Below are positions 47,022-57,617 of a stretch of 64,000 bases of DNA, piece after piece (position 1 is the stretch's first letter; each line of letters opens with the position of its first letter). Source of the stretch: Verrucomicrobiia bacterium (lineage in GTDB: Bacteria; Verrucomicrobiota; Verrucomicrobiia; Limisphaerales; UBA1319); NCBI GenBank assembly GCA_963664225.1, contig OY760937.1, forward strand, positions 4,576,001 to 4,640,000, read 5' to 3'. The notes beneath the pieces are model-generated. The model made no database searches and was not told where the DNA came from. It saw only the letters and a list, made by a program, of their open reading frames with translations. A program made the position numbers and the translations under genes.

Positions 47022-48236
47022 ATGACAAATGTGCCTTTGACAGAATTGGATGCCCGGATGAAACGGTTCCGGGCCGAGATGGATGCCCGATGCCCGGAGT
47101 GGGAGATAACGGCGATATTCGGGCGCATCAACCTGTATTATTACACGGGAACGATCCAGGAGGGAATGCTGCTCATTCCACGAAACGGGGAGGCTGTGTT
47201 CTGGGTGCGGCGCAGTTGCGAGCGGGCGCGTGAAGAATCGGCGTTTCCGCAGATCAAGCCGATGGAGGGATTCCGGGATGCGGCGGGATCGATCACCCCG
47301 CTGCCGAAAACGGTTTACCTGGAGACAGAGCTGGTGCCGCTGGCGCTTTATCAGCGGTTTCGCAAACATTTTCCATTTGCCGATGTCCGTGCGGCGGACG
47401 TGGCGCTTGGCGTGGTCCGTTCGGTCAAGAGCCCTTACGAGCTGGCCTTGCTGGAGGAGGTGGGGATGCGACACGGGCTTGTGCTGGAAGAGCGTGTGCC
47501 GCAAATCCTGCGGGAAGGCATGAGCGAGGTGGATCTGGGCGTTGAGCTGTATTCCATCATGATGGCCGAGGGGCATCATGGGATCCTTCGATTTGGGATG
47601 TTCGGGACTGAGGGGTTGGTGGGGCAGCTTGGCTTTGGGGTAAACTCGCTTTGCCCAACCTGCTTTGACGGTCCGGGCGGCAACCGGGGCATCAGTCCGG
47701 CCGTGCCGTTGCTGGGGGACCGATCGCGCAAGCTCAGGAAAGGGGATTTGGTTTTTGTGGACACCGGGTTTGGCATCGATGGCTACCACACAGACAAAAC
47801 GATGACTTACACGTTTGGGGGTCCGCTTTCAGCGGAGGCGGTGGCCATTCACGAACAGTGTGTCGGGATTCAGGACCGGGTGGCGTCGATGCTCAAGCCA
47901 GGGGCGATTCCGTCCGAAATTTATCGGAGCACGATGCAGGATTTAAGTCCTGAGTTTCTAAAGAACTTCATGGGGTTTGGAAAGCGACGGGTGAAATTCA
48001 TCGGGCACGGCGTGGGCCTGTTGATCGACGAACCGCCTGTGATTGCGGAGGGTTTTGACGAGCCGTTGCAGGAAGGCATGGTGCTGGCTCTGGAGCCCAA
48101 GCATGGGATTGAAGGCGTGGGCATGGTGGGAATCGAGAACACGTTTGTGGTGACGCCCGGAGGTGGACGCTCGATCACCGGGAAGAGCCGGGGATTGATT
48201 CCTGTAACAGAGGGCAGGCTTTCAGGAAGCTGTTGA
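47022..48236 (+). CDS. M24 family (Xaa-Pro) metallopeptidase
   Basis: Creatinase-like N-domain; VDTG..DGYHTD, GHGVGL.IDE.P, LALEPK, GIEN; GTG 47013 is an alternative start. Confidence 0.9.
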   Translation: MTNVPLTELDARMKRFRAEMDARCPEWEITAIFGRINLYYYTGTIQEGMLLIPRNGEAVFWVRRSCERAREESAFPQIKPMEGFRDAAGSITPLPKTVYLETELVPLALYQRFRKHFPFADVRAADVALGVVRSVKSPYELALLEEVGMRHGLVLEERVPQILREGMSEVDLGVELYSIMMAEGHHGILRFGMFGTEGLVGQLGFGVNSLCPTCFDGPGGNRGISPAVPLLGDRSRKLRKGDLVFVDTGFGIDGYHTDKTMTYTFGGPLSAEAVAIHEQCVGIQDRVASMLKPGAIPSEIYRSTMQDLSPEFLKNFMGFGKRRVKFIGHGVGLLIDEPPVIAEGFDEPLQEGMVLALEPKHGIEGVGMVGIENTFVVTPGGGRSITGKSRGLIPVTEGRLSGSC

Positions 48237-49427
48237 TACGGTGGTGGGTTGGTGGACCGGCGCGTCATGAAGCAGGCGCATGGTCAGAAAACCCGCCACG
48301 AGGGAGATGCCCGCGCAGATGAGGTAGGGCAGGGCGGGATGGTGTTCGAAAAGCACGGCGCTAAACATGGGACCAAAAATGCGGGCAAGGCTGCTGACGC
48401 TTTGGGCCACGCCCAGAGTGGCTCCCTGTTCCCATGCCGGGGTCAGGATGGAAATGAGGCCAAAGATGGGGGGGCGATTGATGCTTGTGCCCAAGGCCAG
48501 GATGGCCAGTGCGAGCAGGAAGAGGCCAAGACTGCCCACCAGTGGCAGGAGGCCCATGCTCAAGGCCATTAGAAAGAAACTTCCCATGATCATCCGCCGC
48601 TCACCCAACCGGGCGACGAGTTTCTTGATCATTCCACCCTGGACCAGTGCGGAAATCACTCCGCCATAGGCGAATAAATACCCGACGTGGACCTGGTCAT
48701 AGTTGAATCTGCGATTGGCCAGCAAGGCAAGGGTGGTCTCGTAGCAGGTAAAACAGAAAGTCGCGAGAAAGAACAAACCGATGAGCAATCCAATCTGCGG
48801 ATGACTGAGCGTGTGGAACCATTGGGCCAGACGGGGGCGGTTTGGCGCCGGTATGGAAGACGGTTTCCAGCTTTCCGGCAGGATAAACCACGCGGCAATG
48901 AGGTTGACGGTGCAAAGACCCGCAGCGACCCAGCCCGGGGCTGCAAGGCCCCAGTGCGCGCTCAAGGCGCCAATGGGTGGGCCGAAAATGAAACCCAATC
49001 CGAAAGCGACTCCGATGAGGGCCATCTTGGCGGATCGTTGCTCAGGCGGGGTAATGTCAGCCACATAGGCCTGGGCGACGGTGATGTTCCCGCCGCAAAT
49101 GCCGGCAAAGGTGCGCGAGGCCAGCAACAGCCACATGCCAGTGGGACCGGGTTTGTTTGAGGCCCAGGCAAAAATGACGTAGGAAATGACTTCCCCCAGA
49201 AGGCTTATCAGCAGGATGGGACGGCGTCCCACGCGATCGGAAAGGCGTCCCCAGATGGGCGAGAAGATGAACTGCATCACCGAAAAAGAGGCGATGATGA
49301 GGCCGATCATGAATCCGCTGGCGCCGAATTGCTCGGAGTACAGGGGGAGCAGCGGCATTACGATGCCGAATCCGATCAGGTCGATAAAGACCGTTAAAAA
49401 AATGACCAATAAAGACGGCTTAGCCAT
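48222..49427 (-). CDS. MFS transporter (TetA/DHA1-like)
   Basis: FIDLIGFGIVMPLLP, GRLSDRVGRRP, AQAYVADIT, GLGFIFGPPIG; 15-bp convergent overlap with the peptidase. Confidence 0.92.
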   Translation of the reverse strand: MAKPSLLVIFLTVFIDLIGFGIVMPLLPLYSEQFGASGFMIGLIIASFSVMQFIFSPIWGRLSDRVGRRPILLISLLGEVISYVIFAWASNKPGPTGMWLLLASRTFAGICGGNITVAQAYVADITPPEQRSAKMALIGVAFGLGFIFGPPIGALSAHWGLAAPGWVAAGLCTVNLIAAWFILPESWKPSSIPAPNRPRLAQWFHTLSHPQIGLLIGLFFLATFCFTCYETTLALLANRRFNYDQVHVGYLFAYGGVISALVQGGMIKKLVARLGERRMIMGSFFLMALSMGLLPLVGSLGLFLLALAILALGTSINRPPIFGLISILTPAWEQGATLGVAQSVSSLARIFGPMFSAVLFEHHPALPYLICAGISLVAGFLTMRLLHDAPVHQPTTVSTAS

Positions 49428-49582
49428 GAATTATTTTCCAAATGCTTCCCCAAATGCGCCCGACGGAATGTCCGAAGCGGCGTTCCCTTAATGGAAACTA
49501 CACTGCTCGAATACGGTTAATTGTCAAATCTGGTTATACTGCCTGGCAGCCTCTGACACCTGCGCCGGAAGCGGGTTAAACA

Positions 49583-51001
49583 TTATTTGGCGGCGGTATT
49601 GACCGCGTAACTCTGACCGATGGCCCGTTCCAACCGGGATCGAGCCGCAGAGTAATCCCGCATGGCCTGGATTTGGGTGGTGCGCGCTTCGGTGAGCGAG
49701 GTTTGCGCGCTCAGGACATCCAGTTGGGTGCCCGTTCCCGCTTCGCTTCGGGCCGTGGCCAGACGCAGGGCTTCCTCGGCCTGTTCCTGGACTTTCTTCT
49801 GGGATTCGAGCACTTCCCTGGCCTCGATGAAATTGGAATAAGTGGTGCGGACCTCGAGTTCGACGCGGCGGGTGGTGTCGTCAAAGTCCACCTGCGATCT
49901 TTGATAACGCGCCCTGGCCTCGTCCACTTTGCCCTTGGTCAGGAATCCGTCGAAGATATCCCAGGAAGCCTGGGCCCCGGCAAACCAGCCGGATACGTCG
50001 CGGCCCAGATCACTGGTGAAGCTGGAGCTGCGGGAGCCGTAACCGCCGATCAATTGGACGCTGGGTTTGTAGCCGGCCTGGGCGGAAACGAGGTTTTCCT
50101 GGCGCAAACGGATGGCCTTGCTCAAGGCACCCAATTCAGGGCGGCGTTCGACGGCCTGGGCGAGGGCCGAGGGCAGGTCGATATCGTAAGGGGTGGCCAT
50201 ATCCTCGAGGGTGGCGGTCAACTGCAGGGGGATGTCCTCCCAAATATCCTTGGGCACATTGTAACCGAGCAGGTTGGCCATGTTACTCTTGGCCACGCGA
50301 TAGGAATTTCTGGCCTTGATGAGCCGGGGGCGCGCATTGGCCACTTCCACCTCGGCGCGCAGGACGTTGAAGCGGGGAACGGTTCCGGCTTCAAAACGGC
50401 GCTTGGTGTCCTCCAGTTCCCGTGTCAGGAGTTTGACCGAGGCTTCCTGAACGGTGATCAATTGGGCGGCCAGCAGGATGTCCGCATAGGCCAGGCGCAC
50501 TTCCAGCAGATTGTCCGCAATCGCGGCCTGATGGCTCAGCAAGGCTTGTTCCCGGGTGAGTCTGGCGGCACGCATCGCAGAATTGACGCGCCCCCCCTCA
50601 TAAATGGATTGGGACAGCGTGACGTTGGCGTTCCAGCTTTGATCGGGATAATCGATGTTCAAACCGGGCACTCCAGAGAATGGGAATTTATCGATCGACT
50701 CCCTGTCGATGATTTTATACTGGCTTGAGGCGCGGACCTTGGGGATGGCGATGGCGCGGGTTTGGACCACGATGCCGTAGGCGGCCTCGAGGTCTTTTTG
50801 GGATTTCAGGATGGCGCTGTTTTGCGTGAGGGCCAGGTTAATGCACTCCTCGATGGACAGTGGTTTGGCCAGCCATGATGGCGCGTTGGTGGCCACCGCC
50901 GGAGCCGGGTTTTCTGCGGCGCGCAAGGCAGGGGACGAGAACGCCATGCAGGCGCATAATCCAAGGGCCATCGACCGGGCGACTTTCTGCGGAGCGATCA
51001 T
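49583..51001 (-). CDS. TolC-family outer-membrane protein
   Basis: Signal peptide; LSIEECINLAL, RRFEAGTVPRFNVLRAEV, ERRPEL, GTQLDVLSAQ. Confidence 0.9.
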   Translation of the reverse strand: MIAPQKVARSMALGLCACMAFSSPALRAAENPAPAVATNAPSWLAKPLSIEECINLALTQNSAILKSQKDLEAAYGIVVQTRAIAIPKVRASSQYKIIDRESIDKFPFSGVPGLNIDYPDQSWNANVTLSQSIYEGGRVNSAMRAARLTREQALLSHQAAIADNLLEVRLAYADILLAAQLITVQEASVKLLTRELEDTKRRFEAGTVPRFNVLRAEVEVANARPRLIKARNSYRVAKSNMANLLGYNVPKDIWEDIPLQLTATLEDMATPYDIDLPSALAQAVERRPELGALSKAIRLRQENLVSAQAGYKPSVQLIGGYGSRSSSFTSDLGRDVSGWFAGAQASWDIFDGFLTKGKVDEARARYQRSQVDFDDTTRRVELEVRTTYSNFIEAREVLESQKKVQEQAEEALRLATARSEAGTGTQLDVLSAQTSLTEARTTQIQAMRDYSAARSRLERAIGQSYAVNTAAK

Positions 51002-51009
51002 AAACTCAT

Positions 51010-51037
51010 ACTATAAAACATTAAAATACCTTGTCAA
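51010..51037 (-). promoter_or_regulatory. sigma70-like promoter of the TolC-family gene
   Basis: Minus strand TTGACA (51037-51032), 16-nt spacer, TATAGT (51015-51010), ATG 8 nt later. Confidence 0.6.
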
Positions 51038-51115
51038 ACTGGATTATCGCAATACGGGCACGCATGGGCGCTCTCAAATCGAGGCACCGGGTGTTGCGCG
51101 TCCCACCGCATCGGA

Positions 51116-53020
51116 TCATTTTTTGAGCGCCGCGGGTGTGGGTGTGAAATACTTCAAACCCAGGCCCTCCGGCGAGGTGGCGCTGCTGGCCACAATAAAC
51201 GAGAAATATTTGGAGATCTTCTCGAACGGCGGCAGCAACGAGAAATCGAACCAGGTCTTGAGTTCGGTGGCGGCCTGTGCGGCGTCGGCCTTCTTTCCCA
51301 GGGGATTTTCGTTAAAAAGGCGCTCGATGGTGGCGGTGTCTTTCTTCAGGGTCTCAATGGTGGTCCGCATCGTTTCACTCTGGTTTTCGTAAGTGAAAAA
51401 GCCATTGTTCATGCCTCCCACCTTTTGGGCGGCTTCATTCAGCCCGGCTGTCTCCGCGAGGGGCTTGGGCTTGTTCTCGCCGGGTTTCAAATACTCTTCG
51501 AGCAGGGCGGCATCTGTGGACAGGGCCACATAGCCATCCCCGGCGGCGATATGGAGCGTCTTTTCGGGCGGATCGTCGCCATCGGTTTCCCCGTCATGGT
51601 TGGCCGGCAGAGGGATGGAAATGATTTTATGGCCGCTGAAATCCCGTTCCTTGAGGGCATTGGGCGGGATCAGAAGCCCGGTGCCTGATTTCATGGCCTG
51701 GAAAAGCGCTGCGGCGTTCGTGGTGCCGATGAGAGTGATGGTCGGGGGCGAATTCAACGCCGCGAAAGTGAAGTCGCGCGGATTCTTCTGGTAGGAGATG
51801 ATGTCGTCGCCGAGGTTGCCAATGAGGGATTTTTTCAGGTCGAAATTGGCGTCCTTATCCTTGCCCACGGCGTTGAGCCCCATTTGTATCATGTTGGAAA
51901 TCTCGGGGGAAATCTCCATAAGCATCCCTTCGATGGTGGCGAAGGTTTTTTGACCGTCCAGACGACAGCGGCTGAATTTGACGGCGTCCGCGGGGACAAA
52001 GGGCGGAGGACTCGCGCTCTTTGGCTCCATGGTCAGGATTTTCAGGAAACCCTTGCGCTGGGCTTCAGGCGCGCCCACGAAGACTTGAATACTGCTGCCT
52101 TCCGGGGAACCGGTGATACTGGCTGCCGCGGTTTTGATGCCCTCGAGGCCAATGGCGCCGATGACTTTATCGGACTGGGGCATGATGGAGTTGGTCTGAT
52201 TTCCGCCGGTCGCAGCAGCCGCTTTTTTGGTAATCAGGTTGAGGATGGGTTTGAAATTGAGCCAGGTAAAGCCGATGGACTCCTGGAACATGGGCTGGCT
52301 GGAGCGGAATTCGGGCATGTCGGCAAGAACCGGGGAGGTGCCGCCGCTCTGGCGAATGAGGATTTTTTCCAGGTCTTTCGTGTTGTTGGCCACCAGGAGG
52401 AGAGTGTCGGATTGGCCGATGGTCAACTCGACCTTGTTGGTGGCGGAATTATCGTTATCGGTGTCTTTGTCGGCCTGTTTAGCCAGGGCTTTACGCAAGG
52501 TTTTTGAAAGATCGGCTTCCGTGAACGCGATGGTGGTGAATTCGATGTCGCGGATTTTAACGGCTTTAATCTGTTTGCCGGAATCGGCCCAGTTCTTCTT
52601 CAAGGCGGTGAGGTTGGTCTTGAGCAGTTCGGACTTGTCCTGGGTGTCGATGATCAGGGCCAGACCGGGGGCGAAGTCGCCCGTGCCGTCCCAACCGTTC
52701 ATGGTCACGCCCAGAGTGACCTGGCCGCGGAGGAGTTCGGTGTAATCGGCCAGTTTGATATTCAATTCGCGTTCCAGCGGATCGATGAGCTCGGTTTGGA
52801 CGCGGCCCAAGAATTTATCCTTAAAGGCTTTGAGTTCGGGATCGCGCCACAGTTGGCCCTGGGGGGACTCACTGTAAAAGGAGGCACTTTTTGCCCAATT
52901 CGGCGCGGTGAACAAGAGCAGCGTGTCCGAGGGCAGGAGTTGTTCGGCAGGCGGCACGGCAGCGGGGAGGGTGCAGGTGAGCGCCATCCACAAAAACGCC
53001 AGTTTAAGATATGATTTCAT
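51116..53020 (-). CDS. Exported hypothetical protein (DUF3352-like)
   Basis: Signal peptide MKSYLKLAFLWMALTCTLPA then AVPPAEQLLPSDT; about 634 aa; family call is tentative. Confidence 0.7.
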   Translation of the reverse strand: MKSYLKLAFLWMALTCTLPAAVPPAEQLLPSDTLLLFTAPNWAKSASFYSESPQGQLWRDPELKAFKDKFLGRVQTELIDPLERELNIKLADYTELLRGQVTLGVTMNGWDGTGDFAPGLALIIDTQDKSELLKTNLTALKKNWADSGKQIKAVKIRDIEFTTIAFTEADLSKTLRKALAKQADKDTDNDNSATNKVELTIGQSDTLLLVANNTKDLEKILIRQSGGTSPVLADMPEFRSSQPMFQESIGFTWLNFKPILNLITKKAAAATGGNQTNSIMPQSDKVIGAIGLEGIKTAAASITGSPEGSSIQVFVGAPEAQRKGFLKILTMEPKSASPPPFVPADAVKFSRCRLDGQKTFATIEGMLMEISPEISNMIQMGLNAVGKDKDANFDLKKSLIGNLGDDIISYQKNPRDFTFAALNSPPTITLIGTTNAAALFQAMKSGTGLLIPPNALKERDFSGHKIISIPLPANHDGETDGDDPPEKTLHIAAGDGYVALSTDAALLEEYLKPGENKPKPLAETAGLNEAAQKVGGMNNGFFTYENQSETMRTTIETLKKDTATIERLFNENPLGKKADAAQAATELKTWFDFSLLPPFEKISKYFSFIVASSATSPEGLGLKYFTPTPAALKK

Positions 53021-53211
53021 GATCGGATCGAAAGTGGGGGGAATCAAACCATGATTTATGCCTGATGGCCACCTTAAAAAAAGGTCCGTGCTGCAACAGG
53101 ATCGGGCGATTCGCAATTCGGGCACAGGACGATAAGCTGTTGCAACAGGGTTGCGGAATGCTCGAAATTACCCCGTTGAATTAAACCGTTTGTCCGTCTA
53201 GGATCGGTGGC

Positions 53212-56200
53212 ATGAACTCGCATTTCTCACCTCTGGCAGCCTCGTGCTCCAAACTCGTGCGTTTGGGAATCGGCTTTTGCGTCGGCGGATTTCTGGGATT
53301 GATCGCTCAGGGTGTTCACGCGGACAATGCAAAGGAAGCGAAGGCTTTGTTTGCCAAACCGACTCGTGAATACAGCTCCGCGCCGCTCTGGGTGTGGAAT
53401 GATCTGCTCACTGAGGACCAGATTCGCAGCACAATGCGGGACATGGCCGGGCAGCAGGTCCGCCAGGTGTTTGTTCATCCCCGCCCCGGTCTGATGACCC
53501 CCTATTTGTCGCCGGATTGGTTTCGGCTGTGGAAGGTGGCCCTGGACGAGGCGCGGCGGCTGGACATGAACGTCTGGATTTACGACGAGAACTCCTATCC
53601 GTCGGGGTTCGCGGGCGGATTTGTTCCCGAGCAAATGCCCGAATCCCGTGGACGCGGACTATCACTCAAAGAATCCGACAAGGCGCCCGACTGGAATGCC
53701 AATGTGGTGTCGGTGTATCGCAACACGGATTCGGGTTTTGAAAACGTGACCGAACAGGCGCGGAAGGGCTCTCTTGATTCCAAGGATCGCTATGTGGTTG
53801 CGTCCGTCATTCGCGCGGGCAATTCGCCCTGGCATGGCAACCGTTGCTACGTCGATCTTCTGTATCCGGGCGTTACCGAGAAATTTCTCGAGATCACGAT
53901 GGGGGCCTACAAGAAGGAGATTGGGAGCGAATTTGGGAAGCGAGTTCCCGGCGTGTTCACCGACGAGCCCAATATCCGGCCTGCGGGTGGATTGCCCTGG
54001 ACGGAAGACCTTCCGCAGCAATTCGAGAAACGCTGGGGTTATCGGCTGACCGATCATCTGCCCAGCCTGGCGCAGCCTGTTGGAGATTGGCGTCGCGTGC
54101 GTCACAATTATTTTCAACTGCTCTCTGAGCTTTACGCGGAACGTTGGGGAAAACCGTACCACGACTATTGCGCGACCAATCGCCTGGAATTCACCGGACA
54201 CTATTGGGATCACGAATGGCCCAATTGCCTGGGCGTTCCCGATAACATGGCCATGTATGCCTGGCATCAGCGGCCCGCCATTGACATCCTGATGAACCAA
54301 TACCAGGAGAACACCCACGCGCAATTTGGCAATGCCCGCATCCCGAGGGAACTCTCCAGTGTCGCGAATCAACTGGGTCTGCCCCGGACCTTGTGCGAGG
54401 CCTACGGCGCGGGCGGCTGGGATTTGCGTTTCGAGGACATGAAGCGGATTGCCGACTGGCTGTATGTGCTGGGTGTGAACACGATGGACCAGCACCTCTC
54501 CTACATCACGCTGCGCGGCGCGCGCAAACGCGACCATCCCCAGTCCTTCTCCTATCACGAGCCCTGGTGGCCGGCCTATCACATTGAGGGCCGCTACATC
54601 GAACGCCTCACGGCCGCCATGACGCGCGGGCAGCAGGTCAATGCCGCGCTGGTCATCGAGCCCACCACCACCGCCTGGATGCACAACACCGAGGCGGGCA
54701 CGTCCCGGCTCAACGAGGTGGGGAATGGATTTTTCCAACTCCTGATGGACCTTGAAAAAAGCCAGGTGGAATACGACCTGGGCTGTGAGGAAATCATGAA
54801 GAATCACGGTTCGGTTCAGGCAGCCGGACTGGTGGTGGGCCAGCGTCATTACGGCGTGGTGGTGATCCCTGCCGAGTGTGAAAATCTCAACGGCGCCACC
54901 ATGGAACTCATCGAGAAACACCTGGCCGCCGGGGGCAGGGTGCTCGCTTGCGGCGCGACTCCCGCATTTGTGGATGGCGCGCCCTCCAGGCGTCCGGAGC
55001 AGGCCTCGACTCGCGCGGGCTGGCAAAAGCTGGCCCCGGCAACGGTGGTGAGTTCGCTCTTGAAAGATCAGGCGCAGGCCGGTTTTGCCATTCAGCGTGC
55101 TGAGGGGGACGAGGGCATTTTCTTTCATCACCGCAGGCAGTTGGAGGATGGCCAGTTGTTATTCCTCGCCAATACCAGCATCGAAAAAGAGTCGAGCGGA
55201 ACCATTGAAGTCGGCGGCATTGCGGGCGTTGAGGAATGGGATCTGCAAACAGGCAATCCGCGTCCCTATGCCTTTACAGTCGATTCAGGCACGGCGCGAT
55301 GCAGCTTCAAGATTCCCCCTGCGGGAAGCCTGTTATTGTTCCTCTCAAAGAAGGCCATGACGCCACCGCCCATTGTCGGCGCACCTGTGCTGACCACCAT
55401 TCAACCGGTGGGTGCGCCTCAAATTCTGCGCAAAGAACCCAACGTGCTGGTGATCGATTTCATGGATGTCCGCGTCGGAAGCGATTCGGTTACGAACACC
55501 TATTTCTATCGCGCCAATCAGTTCGCCTTCCGGAAAAACGGCATGGAACGCAATCCGTGGGACAGCGCGGTTCAATTCAAGGACGAGTTCCTTTCCAGGA
55601 AGTTCGCGCCCGACAGCGGTCTCGAGGCGGCGTATCGCTTCACCATCGCCGGGGACGTTCCTGCCAATCTGTCCGTCGTGATCGAGAAGCCCGACCTCTA
55701 CCGGATCGAATGCAACGGCACTCCAATCACTCCCAAGAAGGGGGTATGGTGGCTGGACAAGGCGTTTGGTCAGATCGAGATTGCGAAACTCGTGCATGCG
55801 GGTGAAAACGTCATCACGCTCAAGGCCGCGCCCTTCACCATTTATCACGAGCTGGAACCCATTTACGTTCTTGGCGATTTCTCGCTCAAGCCCGTGGATA
55901 AGGGCTTTGTCATCGCGCCTGAAACAGGCCTGTCCATTGCGAAATCCACGGTGGACCCCGTGCATGAGAACGCGCCCAACGGCACCATGTGGTTGAGCTG
56001 CGGAATAGGTTTTGGAACCGATGCGGACGACGATCGCGCGCCGAGCCTGGTGTTTGATTTGGGCCGGGAGACGGATCTGACTGCGGTGAAAATATGGAAT
56101 TACAATGAAAGCAATGTGCGCGACCTGACGTCACGCGGTGCAAATCGTGTGCGTTTGCTGGCGTTGGAGACATCCGAAGAAAGCAGCAAGGCAAGATCCA

Positions 56201-56907
56201 TGGGAGAGTTCGATCTGGCCAAGGCGACAGGAAACACTCCGGGCCAGCTCCTCAAAACCGCGGTTCAAAAGGTGCGTTACCTGAAGATGGAAATACTGGG
56301 CAATCACAACGGCGTTGTGTTTCCCGCCAAGGACACGCCGCCGGATAATGGTTTCGTGGGTCTTGCCGAAGTGCGCTTCATCGATGCCCAAGGCGAACCG
56401 GTCAAGGGCGTTGCCATCAAGCACGTTTCGAGCGAACTGTCCTCAATGGATCGCAAGGCCGAGTATCTGGTCAATGGACGTGGGTTGGCCGGAGTGCGTT
56501 CCGGCTGGAACTCACAAGGCCATCCTTTCTACAGCGCGGGAGTCATTTACCGTGAGAAATTTGAAATCCAGAAACCAAAGGGAGAATATCGCGTATTTCT
56601 GCCGAATTGGTACGGAAGCGTGGCGGAGGTGCGGGTCAATGGCAAGGCTGCGGGCTATATCGCCCATGCGCCGTGGGAATGCGACGTGACCCGTCAACTC
56701 AAGTCCGGCACAAATACCGTGGAAGTAGTGGTCATTGGCACGCTCAAGAACACCCTGGGGCCGCACCATGCGGGTTCCGGCGTGGGTTCTGCCTGGCCCG
56801 GAATGTTCCAGCAGGGGCCGGAAATGGGGCCGCCCGCCGGCGATCAATACGCCACCGTGGGCTACGGATTATTCGAACCGTTCGTGCTGCGGCAGGTGGC
56901 GCGTTAA
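53212..56907 (+). CDS. Secreted GH106-like glycoside hydrolase (alpha-L-rhamnosidase-like) with inserted discoidin-like domain
   Basis: PLWVWND, VHPRPGL, WIYDENSYPSGFAGG, FTDEP, LCEAYGAGGW; C-terminal GWNSQGHPFYSAG...NTLGP. Confidence 0.82.
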   Translation: MNSHFSPLAASCSKLVRLGIGFCVGGFLGLIAQGVHADNAKEAKALFAKPTREYSSAPLWVWNDLLTEDQIRSTMRDMAGQQVRQVFVHPRPGLMTPYLSPDWFRLWKVALDEARRLDMNVWIYDENSYPSGFAGGFVPEQMPESRGRGLSLKESDKAPDWNANVVSVYRNTDSGFENVTEQARKGSLDSKDRYVVASVIRAGNSPWHGNRCYVDLLYPGVTEKFLEITMGAYKKEIGSEFGKRVPGVFTDEPNIRPAGGLPWTEDLPQQFEKRWGYRLTDHLPSLAQPVGDWRRVRHNYFQLLSELYAERWGKPYHDYCATNRLEFTGHYWDHEWPNCLGVPDNMAMYAWHQRPAIDILMNQYQENTHAQFGNARIPRELSSVANQLGLPRTLCEAYGAGGWDLRFEDMKRIADWLYVLGVNTMDQHLSYITLRGARKRDHPQSFSYHEPWWPAYHIEGRYIERLTAAMTRGQQVNAALVIEPTTTAWMHNTEAGTSRLNEVGNGFFQLLMDLEKSQVEYDLGCEEIMKNHGSVQAAGLVVGQRHYGVVVIPAECENLNGATMELIEKHLAAGGRVLACGATPAFVDGAPSRRPEQASTRAGWQKLAPATVVSSLLKDQAQAGFAIQRAEGDEGIFFHHRRQLEDGQLLFLANTSIEKESSGTIEVGGIAGVEEWDLQTGNPRPYAFTVDSGTARCSFKIPPAGSLLLFLSKKAMTPPPIVGAPVLTTIQPVGAPQILRKEPNVLVIDFMDVRVGSDSVTNTYFYRANQFAFRKNGMERNPWDSAVQFKDEFLSRKFAPDSGLEAAYRFTIAGDVPANLSVVIEKPDLYRIECNGTPITPKKGVWWLDKAFGQIEIAKLVHAGENVITLKAAPFTIYHELEPIYVLGDFSLKPVDKGFVIAPETGLSIAKSTVDPVHENAPNGTMWLSCGIGFGTDADDDRAPSLVFDLGRETDLTAVKIWNYNESNVRDLTSRGANRVRLLALETSEESSKARSMGEFDLAKATGNTPGQLLKTAVQKVRYLKMEILGNHNGVVFPAKDTPPDNGFVGLAEVRFIDAQGEPVKGVAIKHVSSELSSMDRKAEYLVNGRGLAGVRSGWNSQGHPFYSAGVIYREKFEIQKPKGEYRVFLPNWYGSVAEVRVNGKAAGYIAHAPWECDVTRQLKSGTNTVEVVVIGTLKNTLGPHHAGSGVGSAWPGMFQQGPEMGPPAGDQYATVGYGLFEPFVLRQVAR

Positions 56908-56914
56908 TGGGGCG

Positions 56915-57598
56915 TCAGCGGTCCGAGTGGAACACGCTTTCAAGGATGACTTCCTTGATTTTCCAGAGCATGGCCATGGTCATGGCCACGGGCAGGAGAA
57001 TCAGGAAGATCATCAACCAGAGCAGGCCGCGCGTGAGCATGAACTCCAGCCGTGCGGCCAGGTGAGGCGCGATATCGAGATTCAGGATCGAAAACCCCGC
57101 GACGAAACATCCTGCCGCCACGAGCAGAATGATCATGTTCAAGGTGGAGAAAAGATGCGTCTCATGGCGCAGGGTGGCGTCGGGCAGCATGGACGTCAAC
57201 CGCTTGAGCACGTTGTTCAGATCGTATAGAAAGAACAAGGCCGAGAGGATCAGAACACCCGAGCCGCAGGCGAAATACAACACGCGCGGGGCTTGATACC
57301 ACCAGTACAAAAACGGCGACAGGCCGATATTGATGATTCCGAGCAATTTGGTGCGATCCAGAGCGGATGTCCAGATGCGTTCGCCGGGCTGGAAACGGCC
57401 CATTTCCCAGAGGCCGAAGAGCAAAAGCCCGTTGGCCACCAGCAGCGGCAGAAAACCATAGTGCCGGAGCCAGTCGGAACGCGCTGTTTGCACGCTGACG
57501 ACCAGGGCAATGGGCAGACCCCAAAAAAGCGCGGAAAGCCCCCGCACCAATCGGCCCAGGGACTTTATCAGCGTGGGATGATCCGTTTCGCCGGACAT
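56915..57598 (-). CDS. Hypothetical polytopic membrane protein
   Basis: About 6 hydrophobic helices; directly downstream of speA; TTG 57628 is an alternative start. Confidence 0.75.
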   Translation of the reverse strand: MSGETDHPTLIKSLGRLVRGLSALFWGLPIALVVSVQTARSDWLRHYGFLPLLVANGLLLFGLWEMGRFQPGERIWTSALDRTKLLGIINIGLSPFLYWWYQAPRVLYFACGSGVLILSALFFLYDLNNVLKRLTSMLPDATLRHETHLFSTLNMIILLVAAGCFVAGFSILNLDIAPHLAARLEFMLTRGLLWLMIFLILLPVAMTMAMLWKIKEVILESVFHSDR

Positions 57599-57617
57599 CC
57601 CCTGACTTTGAATTGTG

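Noticed and set aside
53662..55131. Long antisense ORFs (also 8404-9717, 10053-11048, 34251-35498, 49673-50728 and others)
   Set aside because: Shadow frames opposite well-supported genes in GC-rich DNA; no recognisable motifs
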